From an uncultured Chloroflexia bacterium (lineage in GTDB: Bacteria; Chloroflexota; Limnocylindria; Limnocylindrales; CSP1-4), in the NCBI GenBank assembly GCA_963718285.1, contig CAVQYU010000001.1, forward strand, positions 11,799 through 75,798: a stretch of 64,000 nt of DNA, in the 5' to 3' direction. Below the pieces are notes generated by a model. That model did not search any database. It had not been told where the DNA came from and saw nothing but the letters and a program-made list of their open reading frames with translations. The translations under genes were made by a program, and so were the position numbers. Shown here piece by piece: positions 11,271 to 21,987 of this stretch; positions within the stretch are counted from its first letter, which is position 1; each line of letters opens with the position of its first letter.

Positions 11271-11744
11271 TCAGCCGGGATGCAGCCCCAGGGCCTGCCA
11301 GGCAGGCCCGCCGGGAGCCTCGATGAGCTCGATGAGGACGCCGCCCGTGGAGCGCGGGTGCAGGAACGCAACCGGGCCCTCGGCCCCTTTGCGGGGGGCG
11401 CTGTCAATCAGCTCGAGCCCGTCGATCGCCAGCCGGGTCAGGCTGGCCGCGAGGTCGGGCACCTCGAGGCAGAGGTGATGGAAGCCCTCGCCCTTGCTCG
11501 CCAGGAAGCGGGCCACACCGGTCGTCGCGTCGGTCGGCTCGACCAGCTCGATCCTCGACTCGCCGATGGCCAGGAAGGCGATCCGGACCCGGTCGTGGGC
11601 GATGTCCTGGACCTGCTCGAGCTCGAGGCCGAGGATCTCCTGGTAGAAGCCCAGCGAGGCCGCCAGATCGCGCACCACGAGCGCGACATGATGGATCCGT
11701 CCGATCCGGTGCAGCTCCGCGGGCAACGCTCTGGGCAAGGTCAT
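11271..11744 (-). CDS. mce: methylmalonyl-CoA epimerase (VOC/glyoxalase fold)
   Basis: IHHVALVVRDLAASLGFYQEILGLEL...IELVEP...FLASKGEGFHHLCLEV..., and it lies immediately downstream of the mutase gene. Confidence 0.75.
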   Translation of the reverse strand: MTLPRALPAELHRIGRIHHVALVVRDLAASLGFYQEILGLELEQVQDIAHDRVRIAFLAIGESRIELVEPTDATTGVARFLASKGEGFHHLCLEVPDLAASLTRLAIDGLELIDSAPRKGAEGPVAFLHPRSTGGVLIELIEAPGGPAWQALGLHPG

Positions 11745-11776
11745 GATTTCCTCCAGACGGCCAGCCGGGCCGCCAC

Positions 11777-13561
11777 TCAGATCGTGATCAGCTCGCGATG
11801 CTCGCCCCAGACCGCCCGCAGGCGATCGCTGATCTCGCCCACGGTCGCATAGGCCTGGACCGCCTCGATCATGGGCGGCAGCAGATTCTCGGTCCCGCGA
11901 GCAGCGTCCTCCAGCCGCTCAAGGCTGGCCGCCCAGGCGCCGGGGTCGCGCCCGGACCGAACCAGCCGGAGGCCCTCGACCTGGCGGCGCTCGCCCTCCG
12001 GATCAATCCGCTGGGTCGGCGGGGTGCGCCCGGATTCGTCGCGGAACTTGTTGACCCCGACGACCACCTGGTCGCCTCGTTCGATGGCCGACTGGACCTG
12101 GTAGGCGGCTTCCTGGATCTGGTACTGCTGGAACCCCGACTCGAGGGCCGCCAGGGTGCCGCCCATGGCCTCGATCTCGGCCAGGTAGTCGAGCGCCGAA
12201 CGCTCCAGCGCATCGGTCAGGGACTCGACGTAGTAGCTGCCCCCGAGCGGATCGGGGGTCTCGGTCACGCCTGCCTCGTAGGCCAGGATCTGCTGGGTGC
12301 GCAGGGCCAGCCGGGCAGCCTCGGCGGTGGGCAGGGCGAGGGCCTCGTCGCGGGCGTTGGTATGGAGGCTCTGGGCTCCACCGAGGATCGCCGAAAGGGC
12401 CTGGACGGTCGTGCGCACGACGTTGTTGTCGATCGACTGGGCGGTCAGGCTGCTGCCCGCCGTCTGGACGTGGAACCGGCACATCTGGGAGCGGGGGCTG
12501 CTGCTGCCGAACCGGTCGCGCACGATCCGGGCCCACATCCGGCGGGCCGCCCGGAACTTGGCGACCTCCTCGAACAGCTCGCTCCAGGCCGCGAAGAAGA
12601 AGCTCAGGCGTCCGGCAACGTCGTCGACAGTGAGGCCTCGCTCGATCGCCGCCTCGACGTAGGCGATCGCGTTGGCCAGGGTGAAGGCCAGCTCCTGGGC
12701 CGCCGTCGCGCCCGCCTCGCGCATGTGGTAGCCCGAGATGCTGATCGTGTTCCAGCGGGGCAGCTCCTTCGAGCTGAACTCGAAGATGTCGGTGACCAGG
12801 CGCATCGAGGGACGAGGCGGGTAGATCCAGGTGCCCCGGGCGATGTACTCCTTCAGGATGTCGTTCTGGGTCGTTCCGCTCAGGCCCGCCCGGTCGGCGC
12901 CCTGGCGCTCGGCCGCAGCGACGTACAGGGCCAGCAGAATCGCGGCTGTCGAGTTGATCGTCATCGAGGTGCTGACCTGGTCGAGAGGGATGCCCTTGAA
13001 CAGGACCTCCATGTCGGCCAGGCTGCTGATCGGCACGCCCACCCGGCCGACCTCGCCGACCGCCTCCGGGGCGTCCGAGTCGTAGCCCATCTGGGTCGGC
13101 AGGTCGAAGGCCACCGACAGGCCGGTCTGGCCCTGCTCGAGGAGGTAGCGGAAGCGCTCGTTGGTCTCGGCCGCCGTGGCAAAGCCGGCGTACTGGCGCA
13201 TCGTCCAGAAGCGGCCCCGGTACATCGTGGGCTGGACGCCCCGGGTGAACGGATACTCGCCCGGCCGGCCCAGGTCCCGATCCTCGTCCAGGCCGGCCAG
13301 GTCGGCCGGCGTGTACAGGTCCTGGATCTCCGTACCGGAGCTGGTCAGGAACACCGGCCGGCGCTCCGGCGTCGCCCGGATGGCTGCCGCCCGGGTGGTC
13401 GCCCGCCAGCGCTCGCGGCCCGGGTCGAGGGGCCGGCCAAGGTGGTCCGTCCGATCGTCGGTCCGGTCGTCGGGCCCGTCGTGGGGCCGGTCGTCGGGCC
13501 CGTCGTGGGGCCTGTCGTCGGACCGATCCTGGCTCGAGCCCTCCTTCGCCTGCTCAGTCAA
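11777..13561 (-). CDS. methylmalonyl-CoA mutase family, large (substrate-binding) subunit without a B12-binding domain
   Basis: Intact 594 codons: [63 protein letters not shown]...[17 protein letters not shown]. The N-terminus carries a DDRPHDGP repeat. Confidence 0.9.
   Translation of the reverse strand: MTEQAKEGSSQDRSDDRPHDGPDDRPHDGPDDRTDDRTDHLGRPLDPGRERWRATTRAAAIRATPERRPVFLTSSGTEIQDLYTPADLAGLDEDRDLGRPGEYPFTRGVQPTMYRGRFWTMRQYAGFATAAETNERFRYLLEQGQTGLSVAFDLPTQMGYDSDAPEAVGEVGRVGVPISSLADMEVLFKGIPLDQVSTSMTINSTAAILLALYVAAAERQGADRAGLSGTTQNDILKEYIARGTWIYPPRPSMRLVTDIFEFSSKELPRWNTISISGYHMREAGATAAQELAFTLANAIAYVEAAIERGLTVDDVAGRLSFFFAAWSELFEEVAKFRAARRMWARIVRDRFGSSSPRSQMCRFHVQTAGSSLTAQSIDNNVVRTTVQALSAILGGAQSLHTNARDEALALPTAEAARLALRTQQILAYEAGVTETPDPLGGSYYVESLTDALERSALDYLAEIEAMGGTLAALESGFQQYQIQEAAYQVQSAIERGDQVVVGVNKFRDESGRTPPTQRIDPEGERRQVEGLRLVRSGRDPGAWAASLERLEDAARGTENLLPPMIEAVQAYATVGEISDRLRAVWGEHRELITI
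13465..13512. repeat. perfect 24-bp tandem duplication (built on a 12-bp unit) inside the mutase 5' end
   Basis: ggtcgtcgggcccgtcgtggggcc occurs at 13465..13488 and again at 13489..13512, flanked by degenerate 12-bp units. It encodes [25 protein letters not shown]. Confidence 0.8.
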
Positions 13562-15694
13562 GGAGCACCAGCAGGTCGCCCAGCTCGACGGCGTCGCCCG
13601 GCGCGACGGCGACCCGGGCGACCGTGCCCGGGCTCGTCGCCCGGACCTCGTTGTGCATCTTCATCGCCTCGATGACGAGGAGCTCCTGGCCGGCCACGAT
13701 CGTGTCGCCCGGGGCGACGGCCACCCTGACGATCCGGCCGGGCAGATCCGAGCGGACCTCGAGCCGCCGGACGCGGCCGACGGCCGGCGCCGCCCGGCTC
13801 GCCCGTCGGCGCAGGCTGACCCGGCGCGCGTCGTCCAGCTCGACCTCGAAGCGCCAGCCATCAACCACGACCTCCCGAACCACTGTACCGTCCGCCATCC
13901 GGCGGGCGGGCCCGATGGCCAGACGGGTCCTGATCTGCCGGGACCCCTCCCCTTCGGCCGCCTCGGCAAGGATCGCATGCTCGAGATCGAGCCATTCGAT
14001 CGAAGACTTGGTCCCGGAGTCGACGACCAGGCTGGGATCGTCATCCTGGCGCCCGGCTCCGACCAGCCCGGCCTGGATCGGCCGCCCGACGTTCACCGGG
14101 GTCGGTCCCGGGGGCCATCATCGGTGGCGGCAGCCCGCCAGGCCGAGGCTCGATTGGGCCTCCTGCCTGGGCCCGGCAGGCGGCCCGGCGCCGTGGAACT
14201 GGCTGAAGCGGCCTCGGCCACAGCGGCCTCGGCCAGGCCGGCTCCGAGCAGGGCCCGGCCGAGGGCGGCGGACCGGCTGGCCTGGCTGGCCGGCCCGTCC
14301 CAGTGATCGGCCACGAAGTCGGTGGACAGCTCGGCCGACGCGAAGGCCGGGTTGCGGGCTACGAATCGGTGGAAGGGCAGGGTGGTCTGGACCCCGCCGA
14401 TGTCGGTCTCGTCGAGCGCCCGCCGAAGCCGCTCGATCGCGGCCGGCCGGTCGGCGGCATGGACCATCAGCTTGGCCAGGAGCGGGTCGTAGTCGGGCGG
14501 CACCCGATCCCCCGGCTCGATCGCGGTGTCGACCCGGACCCCAGGGCCCGAGGCCAGCCGGAAGCGTCCGATCCGACCGCTGGTCGGAGCTGAAGCCGTG
14601 GGCCGGGTCCTCCTGGGAGATCCGGACCTCGATCGCGTGGCCGCTGGGAGCCTCGGCCCGCTCGGCGGCGGCCAGCACCGCCGGCGACAGGCCTGCTCCT
14701 GACGCCAGCCAGAGCTGCTCGGCGACGATGTCGACCCCACTCACCAGCTCGGTCACGCCATGCTCCACCTGAAGCCGGGCGTTGACCTCCAGGAACCAGA
14801 ACCGGCCGGCCTCGTCGAGCAGGAACTCCGCGGTGGCGGCGTTGGTCAACCCAGCGGCGGATCCCAGGCGGACGGCCAGCTCATGCAGGCTCGCCCGCTG
14901 GGAGGACGACAGGCCGGCGGCCGGGGCCTCCTCGACCAGCTTCTGGTGGCGGCGCTGGATCGAGCAGTCGCGCTCGCCGAGGGCCACGACCTGACCAGCC
15001 TGGTCACCGAGGAGCTGGACCTCGATGTGGCGGGCCGGCCGGATCTCCCGCTCCAGGTAGACCGCGCCATCGCCGAACGCGGCGTCCGCTTCGGCCGATC
15101 CGTCGGCCAGGGCCGCTTCGAGGGCCTCCGGCCCGTCGACCCGGCGCATTCCCCGACCTCCCCCACCGGCGGCTGCCTTGACCATCAGCGGGTAGCCGAC
15201 GGCCGCCGCCGCGTCGCGACGATCCCGCGGCCAGGTCGCCTGTCCAGTCCCTCGGTCGAGACCGGCTCGAGCGTCCCCGGCACGATTGGGACGCCGACCG
15301 ACTGGGCCAGTCGCCGGGCCGCCAACTTGTCGCCGATCGCCGCGATCGTCTGGCTCCGAGGGCCAACCCAGGTCAGGCCGGCGGTTTCGACCAACTCAGC
15401 GAATGAGGCTCTCTCCGACAGGAAGCCATAGCCCGGGTGGATCGCCTCGGCCCCGTGAGCAATGGCGGCCGCCACGATCCGGTCGCCGCGGAGGTAGCTC
15501 TCGGCGGGCGCTGCCGGGCCCAACCGGACCGCACTGTCGGAGGCCCGGACGTGAGCCGCCCCGCGATCCGCATCGCTGTAGACCGCGACCGTTTCGACTC
15601 CAAGCTCCTGACAGGCGCGGATGATCCGCACGGCGATCTCGCCCCGGTTCGCGACCAGAACTCGGCGGAACGGACGACCGGATCGGATCATCAA
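13554..15694 (-). pseudogene. acyl-CoA (propionyl/acetyl-CoA) carboxylase alpha subunit: biotin carboxylase plus BCCP, about 3 frameshifts as assembled
   Basis: RVLVANRGEIAVRIIRA (ORF 15185..15694); MVKAAAGGGGRGMR...EVNARLQVEHGVTE (ORF 14118..15185); DPLLAKLMVHAADR (ORF 14093..14740); biotinylation motif [12 protein letters not shown] (ORF 13554..14096). Confidence 0.85.
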
Positions 15695-15769
15695 ATCAGA
15701 ATCCCCGACCGGACGGTCGGCGCCAGCTCATCCCCACCGGACGATCGTCTTTGCGCAAAGACGCCGGCT

Positions 15770-17343
15770 TCAGAGCGGGACGTTGCCATGCTTCCGGCGT
15801 GGTGCCGCGACGCGCTTGTCGGCGAGCATGTCCAAGGCGGCGATCAATCGAGGACGAGTTTCGGATGGCTGGATGACGGCATCGATGTAGCCGCGAGCCG
15901 CGGCAACGTAGGGATGATTGAATTCGCGTTGGTAGTCGGCGATCAGGGTCGCCCGTTCCGCAACCGGATCGTCTGCCGCGGCGATCCGATCGCGATACAT
16001 GATCTCGACCGCGCCGTCCGCGCCCATCACCGCGATCTCCGCGGTCGGCCAGGCCAGATTCATGTCACCGCCAATGTGCTTGCTGCTCATCACGTCGTAC
16101 GCACCGCCATAGGCCTTGCGCGTGACAACCGTGACCTTGGCGACGGTCGCCTCGCAGTACGCGTAGAGAAGGCTGGCGCCGTGCCGAATGATTCCACCAT
16201 CCTCCTGCCCGACACCCGGTAGGAATCCTGGCACGTCAACGAGGGTCACCAACGGCACGTTGAACGCATCACAGGTCCGGACGAAACGCGCCGCCTTGGT
16301 CGACCCGTTGATATCGAGGGCTCCCGCCAGGACGGCCGGCTGCTGAGCGACGATGCCGACGCTGCGGCCTCCGAGACGGGCAAAGCCGATGATCACATTG
16401 GCGGCCCAGGCTGGTTGTAGTTCGAGGAATCCCCCGTCGTCCACGATTTGATCGATCACGTCGTGCATGTCATAGGGCGTGGACGGATCGTCCGGCACGA
16501 TGTGATCGAGCTCCGGATCGGCGCGCGTGGCAGGGTCGTCGGTGGCGACGTGTTCTGGATCGGCCGTGTTGTTCTGAGGCAGATAAGCCAGGATTCGCCG
16601 GGCCAGCTCGAGCGCACTCGCTTCGTCCCTGGCGCGCGATATGGGCAACTCCACTACGGGTCGTATGAGTCAGCGCGCCGCCGAGCCGCTCGGCGTCGAC
16701 ATCTTCGTGGGTGACGGCCTTCACGACGGCAGGTCCGGTGACGAACATGAAGCTGGTGTCCTCGACCATGACGATGAAGTCGGTCATGGCCGGTGAATAG
16801 ACCGCGCCACCCGCGCACGGTCCCAGGATCAGCGAGATCTGCGGGACGACACCCGATGCCTGGACATTGCGATAGAAGATATCGGCGTAGCCACCCAGCG
16901 AAGCCACGCCTTCCTGGATCCGTGCGCCACCCGAATCATTCAAGCCGATGATCGGCGCGCCAACCCGTGTGGCCAGGTCCATCACCTTGCAGATCTTGGC
17001 GGCATAGGCCTCCGACAGGGAGCCACCCAGGACGGTGAAGTCCTGGGAGAAGACAAACACCAGGCGTCCGTCGATCAGGCCGTGTCCCGTTACGACTCCG
17101 TCACCCAGGAATGACTCCCCCGCCCGATCATCGGTGGCAGGACCCGCCGGCCGGCTAAGGACAAATGCGTCGAGCTCGACGAACGTGCCGGGGTCGAGCA
17201 ACAGCTGGAGGCGCTCGCGGGCGGTCAGCTTGCCAGCCGCATGCTGGCGGGCGATCCGGTCCGATCCACCACCCAGCAGCGCAGCTTCGCGGGTTCTTCG
17301 AAGCCGATCGAAGCGTTCCTGGTTTCCTGGCACGGCGTCCACC
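15770..17343 (-). pseudogene. pccB: acyl-CoA carboxylase carboxyltransferase (beta) subunit, one frameshift near 16650
   Basis: [18 protein letters not shown]...[14 protein letters not shown]...[16 protein letters not shown] (ORF 16470..17450), then GIVAQQPAVLAGALD...VDVPGFLPGVGQE...RKAYGGAYDVM (ORF 15770..16654). The GTG start at 17343 is a guess. Confidence 0.85.
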
Positions 17344-17427
17344 TGCTTTCGGTGTCTTTGCGTACGGACAGGTCGTTCAGCCCAACCATCATATCGAGGC
17401 CGTCCTGCCAGCAATTCCTGGTTCGCA

Positions 17428-17470
17428 CTGTCCACAGAATCGGTGAACAAGTCCGGTCAAGTGTGGATAA
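17428..17470. promoter_or_regulatory. one perfect and one near DnaA-box 9-mer in the pccB/parA divergent intergenic region
   Basis: TGTGGATAA at 17462..17470 is the reverse complement of the consensus TTATCCACA. cTGTCCACA at 17428..17436 matches 7 of 9 positions. Confidence 0.35.
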
Positions 17471-17554
17471 GTCGGTGACACATCGCGCGCAGCGTGGAGT
17501 ACCATCGCGGGACGGATTCCGCAGTGCGCGACGTTCCGACCAGCAACCATCGAG

Positions 17555-18331
17555 GTGATGCCCGTGGCGAATGTGATCGCGATTGCGAATCAGAAGGGCG
17601 GCGTCGGCAAGACGACCACCGCCATCAACCTTGGTGGTGCCCTGGCCGAGCAAGGCTATCGCGTGTTGTGCATCGACATGGATCCCCAGGCGAACCTGAC
17701 GGTCGGGTTGGGCATCAACCTGGGAACGGTCGAGCGTTCGGTGGCCGATGTCCTGGCCGACTCGCGCGCCACGATGGCCGAGATCGTCATTCCCACCCAG
17801 ACGACCGGAATCGATGTCGCGCCGGCCACCCTCGAGCTGGCCTCGACCGAGGTCGAGCTGTTCAGCGCGATCGGCCGCGAACACGCCTTGCGCGAGGCAC
17901 TGGATGGCTGGGTCGATCAGCACTACGACTTTGCCCTGATCGATTGCCCGCCGACGCTCGGCCTGCTGACGATCAACGCGCTCGTCGCGGCTCGGAGCGT
18001 GATCATCCCGGTTCAGACTCAGTACTACGCGCTCAAGGGCCTGACCGCCCTGGTCAAGGTGATCAACACGATCCGGGCGAAGCTCAATCGCGACCTGCGG
18101 GTGCTGGGCCTGTTGCCAACGTTCTACGACGGGCGCACGATCCTCGGCCGAGAGATGCTCGACGAGCTGCGCGAGCTGGGCGATCATCACGTCTTCAATA
18201 CGATCGTTCGGAATACGGTGAAACTGGGCGAGGCTCCCCTGACTGGGAGGCCGATCACGTCATACGCTGGCAGCTCCGATGCGGCCCGAACGTACCGCGA
18301 GCTGGCACGGGAGGTAATTGAACTTGGCTAG
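17555..18331 (+). CDS. parA: chromosome partitioning ATPase ParA/Soj
   Basis: Deviant Walker A: IAIANQKGGVGKTTTAINLGGALA...CIDMDPQAN...LIDCPP. Intact. Confidence 0.9.
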   Translation: MMPVANVIAIANQKGGVGKTTTAINLGGALAEQGYRVLCIDMDPQANLTVGLGINLGTVERSVADVLADSRATMAEIVIPTQTTGIDVAPATLELASTEVELFSAIGREHALREALDGWVDQHYDFALIDCPPTLGLLTINALVAARSVIIPVQTQYYALKGLTALVKVINTIRAKLNRDLRVLGLLPTFYDGRTILGREMLDELRELGDHHVFNTIVRNTVKLGEAPLTGRPITSYAGSSDAARTYRELAREVIELG

Positions 18332-19376
18332 GACAGATTTCCGGGCCGCGGCCGCGCGCCGACTGTCCGAAGAACGCGAACTCGGACCGGCGGTCATCAG
18401 CCTCCTGTCGCCCGATGGGCCGACGCGCAACTCGGGCGTCCGGCACGTACCGGTCAGCCGGATCGAGGCGAATCCGGACCAGCCGCGGATGACCTTCGAG
18501 CAATCGGCCCTCGACGAGCTCTCGGCGTCAATCAAGGAACACGGCATCCTTCAGCCCGTCCTCCTCCGTCCATTCGGCGGACCGGGCCGTTACCAATTGA
18601 TCGCCGGGGAACGCCGCTGGCGCGCCGCGAAGGCGGCCGGCCTCGATTCTATTCCGGCGATGATCGAAGAGATCGACGACGACACCGCGCTCGAGATTGC
18701 GATCATCGAGAACCTTCAGCGCGAAGACCTTTCGCCGCTTGAGGAAGCGACGATGTACGACCGGATGGTCAAGGAGCACGGCTACAGCATCCGGCGGCTG
18801 GCCCAGAAGCTGGGCAAGGACAAGGGCTACCTCGAGAACAGGTTGCGCCTGGCCGATGCGCCCGAGGAAGTTCGTGAGCTCGTGTCTTTGCGCAAGGACA
18901 CCCTGTCCCATGCCTACGAGCTGATGAAGGTCGAAGATCCGAAGAAGCGCCGTCGCCTGGCCGCCCAGGTCGCCAGCGGCGAGCTGTCGCTGGTCAAGCT
19001 CAAGCAGAAGATCGAAGGTCGTCGGACGCGGGTTGGGGATCCGATCGAGGAAGAAGAGGATGAGGCCCCGGCGGTCACGTCATCGGGCGCCCGAGCTGGC
19101 AGCCGGAGCGACGATCTTGCCGACGCCGACAGCTCGGCCTGGTCCGGGGGGCGGCCTGGTGGCCAGTCGGCTGGACCGCTGCGCGAGGACTCGCTGCTTG
19201 ACGCGAAGCAAGGCCTGGCCGATTCCCTCGAGGAGCTGTTCGGCGTCCTCCGCCAGAAGGACGTCCTCGACTCGATCGGCGATGTCGATCGAGCCAACCT
19301 GGCCAAGTATCTCGTGATCGCCAAGCTGCGCCTCGAGAACGCGATCGCCCTGGTCCGCAGCGGCGACGGGAGCTAG
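18318..19376 (+). CDS. parB: chromosome partitioning protein ParB/Spo0J
   Basis: NPDQPRMTFEQSALDELSASIKEHGILQPVLLRP...YQLIAGERRWRAAKAAGL...IIENLQREDLSPLEEA. Intact, and it overlaps the parA 3' end. Confidence 0.9.
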   Translation: MNLARTDFRAAAARRLSEERELGPAVISLLSPDGPTRNSGVRHVPVSRIEANPDQPRMTFEQSALDELSASIKEHGILQPVLLRPFGGPGRYQLIAGERRWRAAKAAGLDSIPAMIEEIDDDTALEIAIIENLQREDLSPLEEATMYDRMVKEHGYSIRRLAQKLGKDKGYLENRLRLADAPEEVRELVSLRKDTLSHAYELMKVEDPKKRRRLAAQVASGELSLVKLKQKIEGRRTRVGDPIEEEEDEAPAVTSSGARAGSRSDDLADADSSAWSGGRPGGQSAGPLREDSLLDAKQGLADSLEELFGVLRQKDVLDSIGDVDRANLAKYLVIAKLRLENAIALVRSGDGS

Positions 19377-20247
19377 GCCCCAAGCAATCCCTGGTTGGCC
19401 AGGCCGGCCAGCCAGGCCACGGCCAGGCAGGCCAGGGCAATGGCCTGGATCTCCCAGGCGCGTTCCCGGGTCGGCGGCAGGCGGCTCCGCCCGAGGCTCA
19501 ATCCGACCGCCATCAGACCGATCGATGTGGTGGCCCCGGCGATGGCGAAAACCGGTGCCGCGACGATGACCAACGAGGCCAGGGCGACCAGCCCGACGAC
19601 GGCGTCGAGGAGCGCGCTCACGGCCCAGGCTCGCGCTCGGCCCAGGCTGCCAACCGCCGTCCGCAGCCCCTCCTGCCGGTCGCGCTCGTCGTCGGCCAGC
19701 TGGTTGGCCAGGGCCAGGCTGGCTCCGGCCAGGGTGGCCATCGGCAGAAGCAGCCCGAAGGCGGCCGGGATCGAGCCGGTCGCCCCGAGCCAGGCGTAGA
19801 TCGGCAGGAGCCCGATCCCGAGCGCGAACGGCAGCCACGACCAGGGGCTCGCCTTGAGCCTCAGGTCGTAGGCGTACCCAAGCCCCACCCCCACGATCGC
19901 CACGAGCGCCGACCGCGGCTCGATCAGGGCCGACAGGCCCAGGCCCGCCAGCAGGCCAAAGGCGGCCACGAGCCAGGCAGCCGGCCGGCTAATGAGCCCC
20001 CGGGGCATCGGCTTGCCGGGCTTGGCCCCCCGGTCATGCTCGATGTCGACGACGTCGTTGACCGTCCCGATCGAGGCCTGGAGGCAGACCATGGCCAGGC
20101 CCAGGCCGAAGGCCCGTCCGCCGGCGCCCGGGCCGCCGGCACCAGCCAGCCAGGCCAGGGCCGCGGTCAGCAGGCCATCGAGGAGGGACGGGAATGGATG
20201 ACAGAGCCGGACGAGGCCGGCGACCCGGGCGGAGATGCCCGGTCCAT
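19373..20247 (-). CDS. UbiA-family prenyltransferase (probable 1-nt indel just after the start codon)
   Basis: Multi-TM protein with NDVVDIEHD (NxxxDxxxD) and a second Asp-rich motif ADDERDRQEG. The ATG at 20247..20245 overlaps the upstream TGA (TGATG) but is out of frame by one base near 20238, suggesting a missing C in a C run. Confidence 0.7.
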
Positions 20248-20612
20248 CAGACGTAGACGAGATCCTCGAAGTTCTCGACCAGGTAGTCCACGATCCGTTC
20301 CCGACCGTCGGCGGCCTCGCGCCGGATCCCTGGCACAAGGGCCCAGAGCATCACGGCCGGGACGATCGGGTTGCCCGTCGCGTCGTGACCGAAGGTGGCC
20401 GGGGCTCCCCCGCCGGCAGCGTAGATCCGCTCGAGCGCGTGGTCGTCGACGCGGGCGGCCTTCTTGAAGTCCTTCAGGACGCGCAGGACGCCGCGGCGCC
20501 GGGCGATGTCGCGCATCAGCTCCGAGGCCCACGAGTCCAGCTGGGCATCATCCTGTTCCTTGAGCCGGGCCCGGTATTCCTTCGGGTTGGCGGCCAGTCC
20601 CGTTGCGCCCAC
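20247..20612 (-). CDS. hypothetical protein
   Basis: Intact 121 codons with balanced, charged composition (KEYRARLKEQDDAQLDSWASELMRDIARRRG...). No family recognised. Confidence 0.55.
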   Translation of the reverse strand: MGATGLAANPKEYRARLKEQDDAQLDSWASELMRDIARRRGVLRVLKDFKKAARVDDHALERIYAAGGGAPATFGHDATGNPIVPAVMLWALVPGIRREAADGRERIVDYLVENFEDLVYV

Positions 20613-20673
20613 CGGTTCTCCTTGGCGAATCTGATGGCTTGCCTGGTTCGTCGGTCGAGTATCGCAGGAACGG

Positions 20674-21354
20674 TCAGGCGGCGGGCAGTCGAGGCAGGGG
20701 TTCGAGCTGATCCAGGCGGGCCAGCACGAACGAGGCGGCCTCCCGGGCGCCGGGCGCCGGCGGGACGGCCTCGTTGGGGATCAGGACCACGGTCATCCCG
20801 GCGGCTCGACCGGCCAGCACCCCATTGAGTGAGTCCTCGACCACGAGGCAGTCGGCCGGATCCACCCCCAGCTCGCGAGCGGCGAGCAGGTAGACATCCG
20901 GGGCAGGCTTGCCATGGGCGACCTCGTCCGAGCTGACGACGGCACCGAACAGCCCCGCGATCCCGAGGGCGCCCAGGGCCGCGTCGATCACGGCCCGGTG
21001 GGCCGACGAGGCCACGGCGAGGGGCAGGCCGGCCCGGGCGAGCCGCTCGACGGTCGCCTCGGCACCGACGATCCGAGGCGCGCCCCGGACCCGGTAGCGC
21101 TCCACCACCCCGCCGACGATCGCGGCCACGATGTCCTCGACCGGCAGGTCAAGATCCAGGCGGTCGCGCATGATCCGGCCCCAGCCGGCGGAGTTGGCGC
21201 CCATGACGGCAGCCTGGTCCTCGGCCGTCCAGGCCCGGCCGTGATCGGCCGCCCAGGCCTCGCGAACCTCATTCCACCACACCTCGGCATCGACCAGGGT
21301 GCCGTCGAGGTCGAAGATCACAGCCGCTGGGCTGCGCTCTGGGCGGTCGGCCAC
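20674..21354 (-). CDS. HAD-superfamily hydrolase (beta-phosphoglucomutase-like subfamily)
   Basis: Motif I VIFDLDGTLVD, motif II AVASSA, motif III HGKPAPDVY, motif IV LVVEDSLNGVLAGRAAG. Confidence 0.85.
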   Translation of the reverse strand: MADRPERSPAAVIFDLDGTLVDAEVWWNEVREAWAADHGRAWTAEDQAAVMGANSAGWGRIMRDRLDLDLPVEDIVAAIVGGVVERYRVRGAPRIVGAEATVERLARAGLPLAVASSAHRAVIDAALGALGIAGLFGAVVSSDEVAHGKPAPDVYLLAARELGVDPADCLVVEDSLNGVLAGRAAGMTVVLIPNEAVPPAPGAREAASFVLARLDQLEPLPRLPAA

Positions 21355-21987
21355 TCAGTCCGATCCGGCCGGCCGGAGGGCGAGCTTCGTGCCGGGAGCC
21401 GGCGGCGCAGCGCTGCCGGTCTTGGCCACGGCCGCCCTGGCCACCTTGGCCGAGGTTGGGCTGGTCGCCCCCGCCCGTTCGGCCGGCGCCCTGGCGGCCG
21501 GTCGCGGGCCGGCTGGGTCGAGGTCGGGCAGCGGCCGGCCGTCGATTCCGGCCAGGACGAGGGACGCGAACGCTGCGACGTCGTCGGCGTGGTCGTCGGT
21601 CCCCCGGATCGGCTGGCCCTCGACCTGGAACATGACGAGGCGGTGACCCCGCTCGGTCTCGACCGCGAGCTCCCCCACCTGGACCTTGCTCCAGCGCACC
21701 AGCCGGCCACTCGCCCGCGGGCCCTCGGTTGGAGCACCAGCCCGGACGTTGACCACCGCCAGGCCGGCCGGGCAGGGCGCGACATAGGCCCAGCGGCTGC
21801 CCGTCTCGTCGCCCCAGGTCAGCCAGCCATGAGCGTCCGGCTCAGCCCCGAGGGAAGCCAGGATCGTGCCGACCGTCTCGCGGACCTTGGGATTCAGGCC
21901 GTCCTTGCCTGGCGCCCGAGCCTGCCACCCGCTGAGTCGCATCGCCTGCACCTCCCTTGGTCCGCCTGGAGGCCGGACCGTGAGCAC
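21355..21987 (-). CDS. hypothetical protein with an Ala/Pro-rich C-terminus
   Basis: Intact ORF abutting the HAD gene. The start is more likely MRLSGWQ at 21942. No family recognised. Confidence 0.45.
   Translation of the reverse strand: MLTVRPPGGPREVQAMRLSGWQARAPGKDGLNPKVRETVGTILASLGAEPDAHGWLTWGDETGSRWAYVAPCPAGLAVVNVRAGAPTEGPRASGRLVRWSKVQVGELAVETERGHRLVMFQVEGQPIRGTDDHADDVAAFASLVLAGIDGRPLPDLDPAGPRPAARAPAERAGATSPTSAKVARAAVAKTGSAAPPAPGTKLALRPAGSD

Noticed and set aside
17555-19376. Search for a parS site (TGTTNCACGTGAAACA) within or near parAB.
   Set aside because: No close match was seen by eye. CACGTG cores elsewhere (for example 32240 and 45998..46009) lack the flanking GTTTCAC/GTGAAAC arms. 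A computational scan is still needed.
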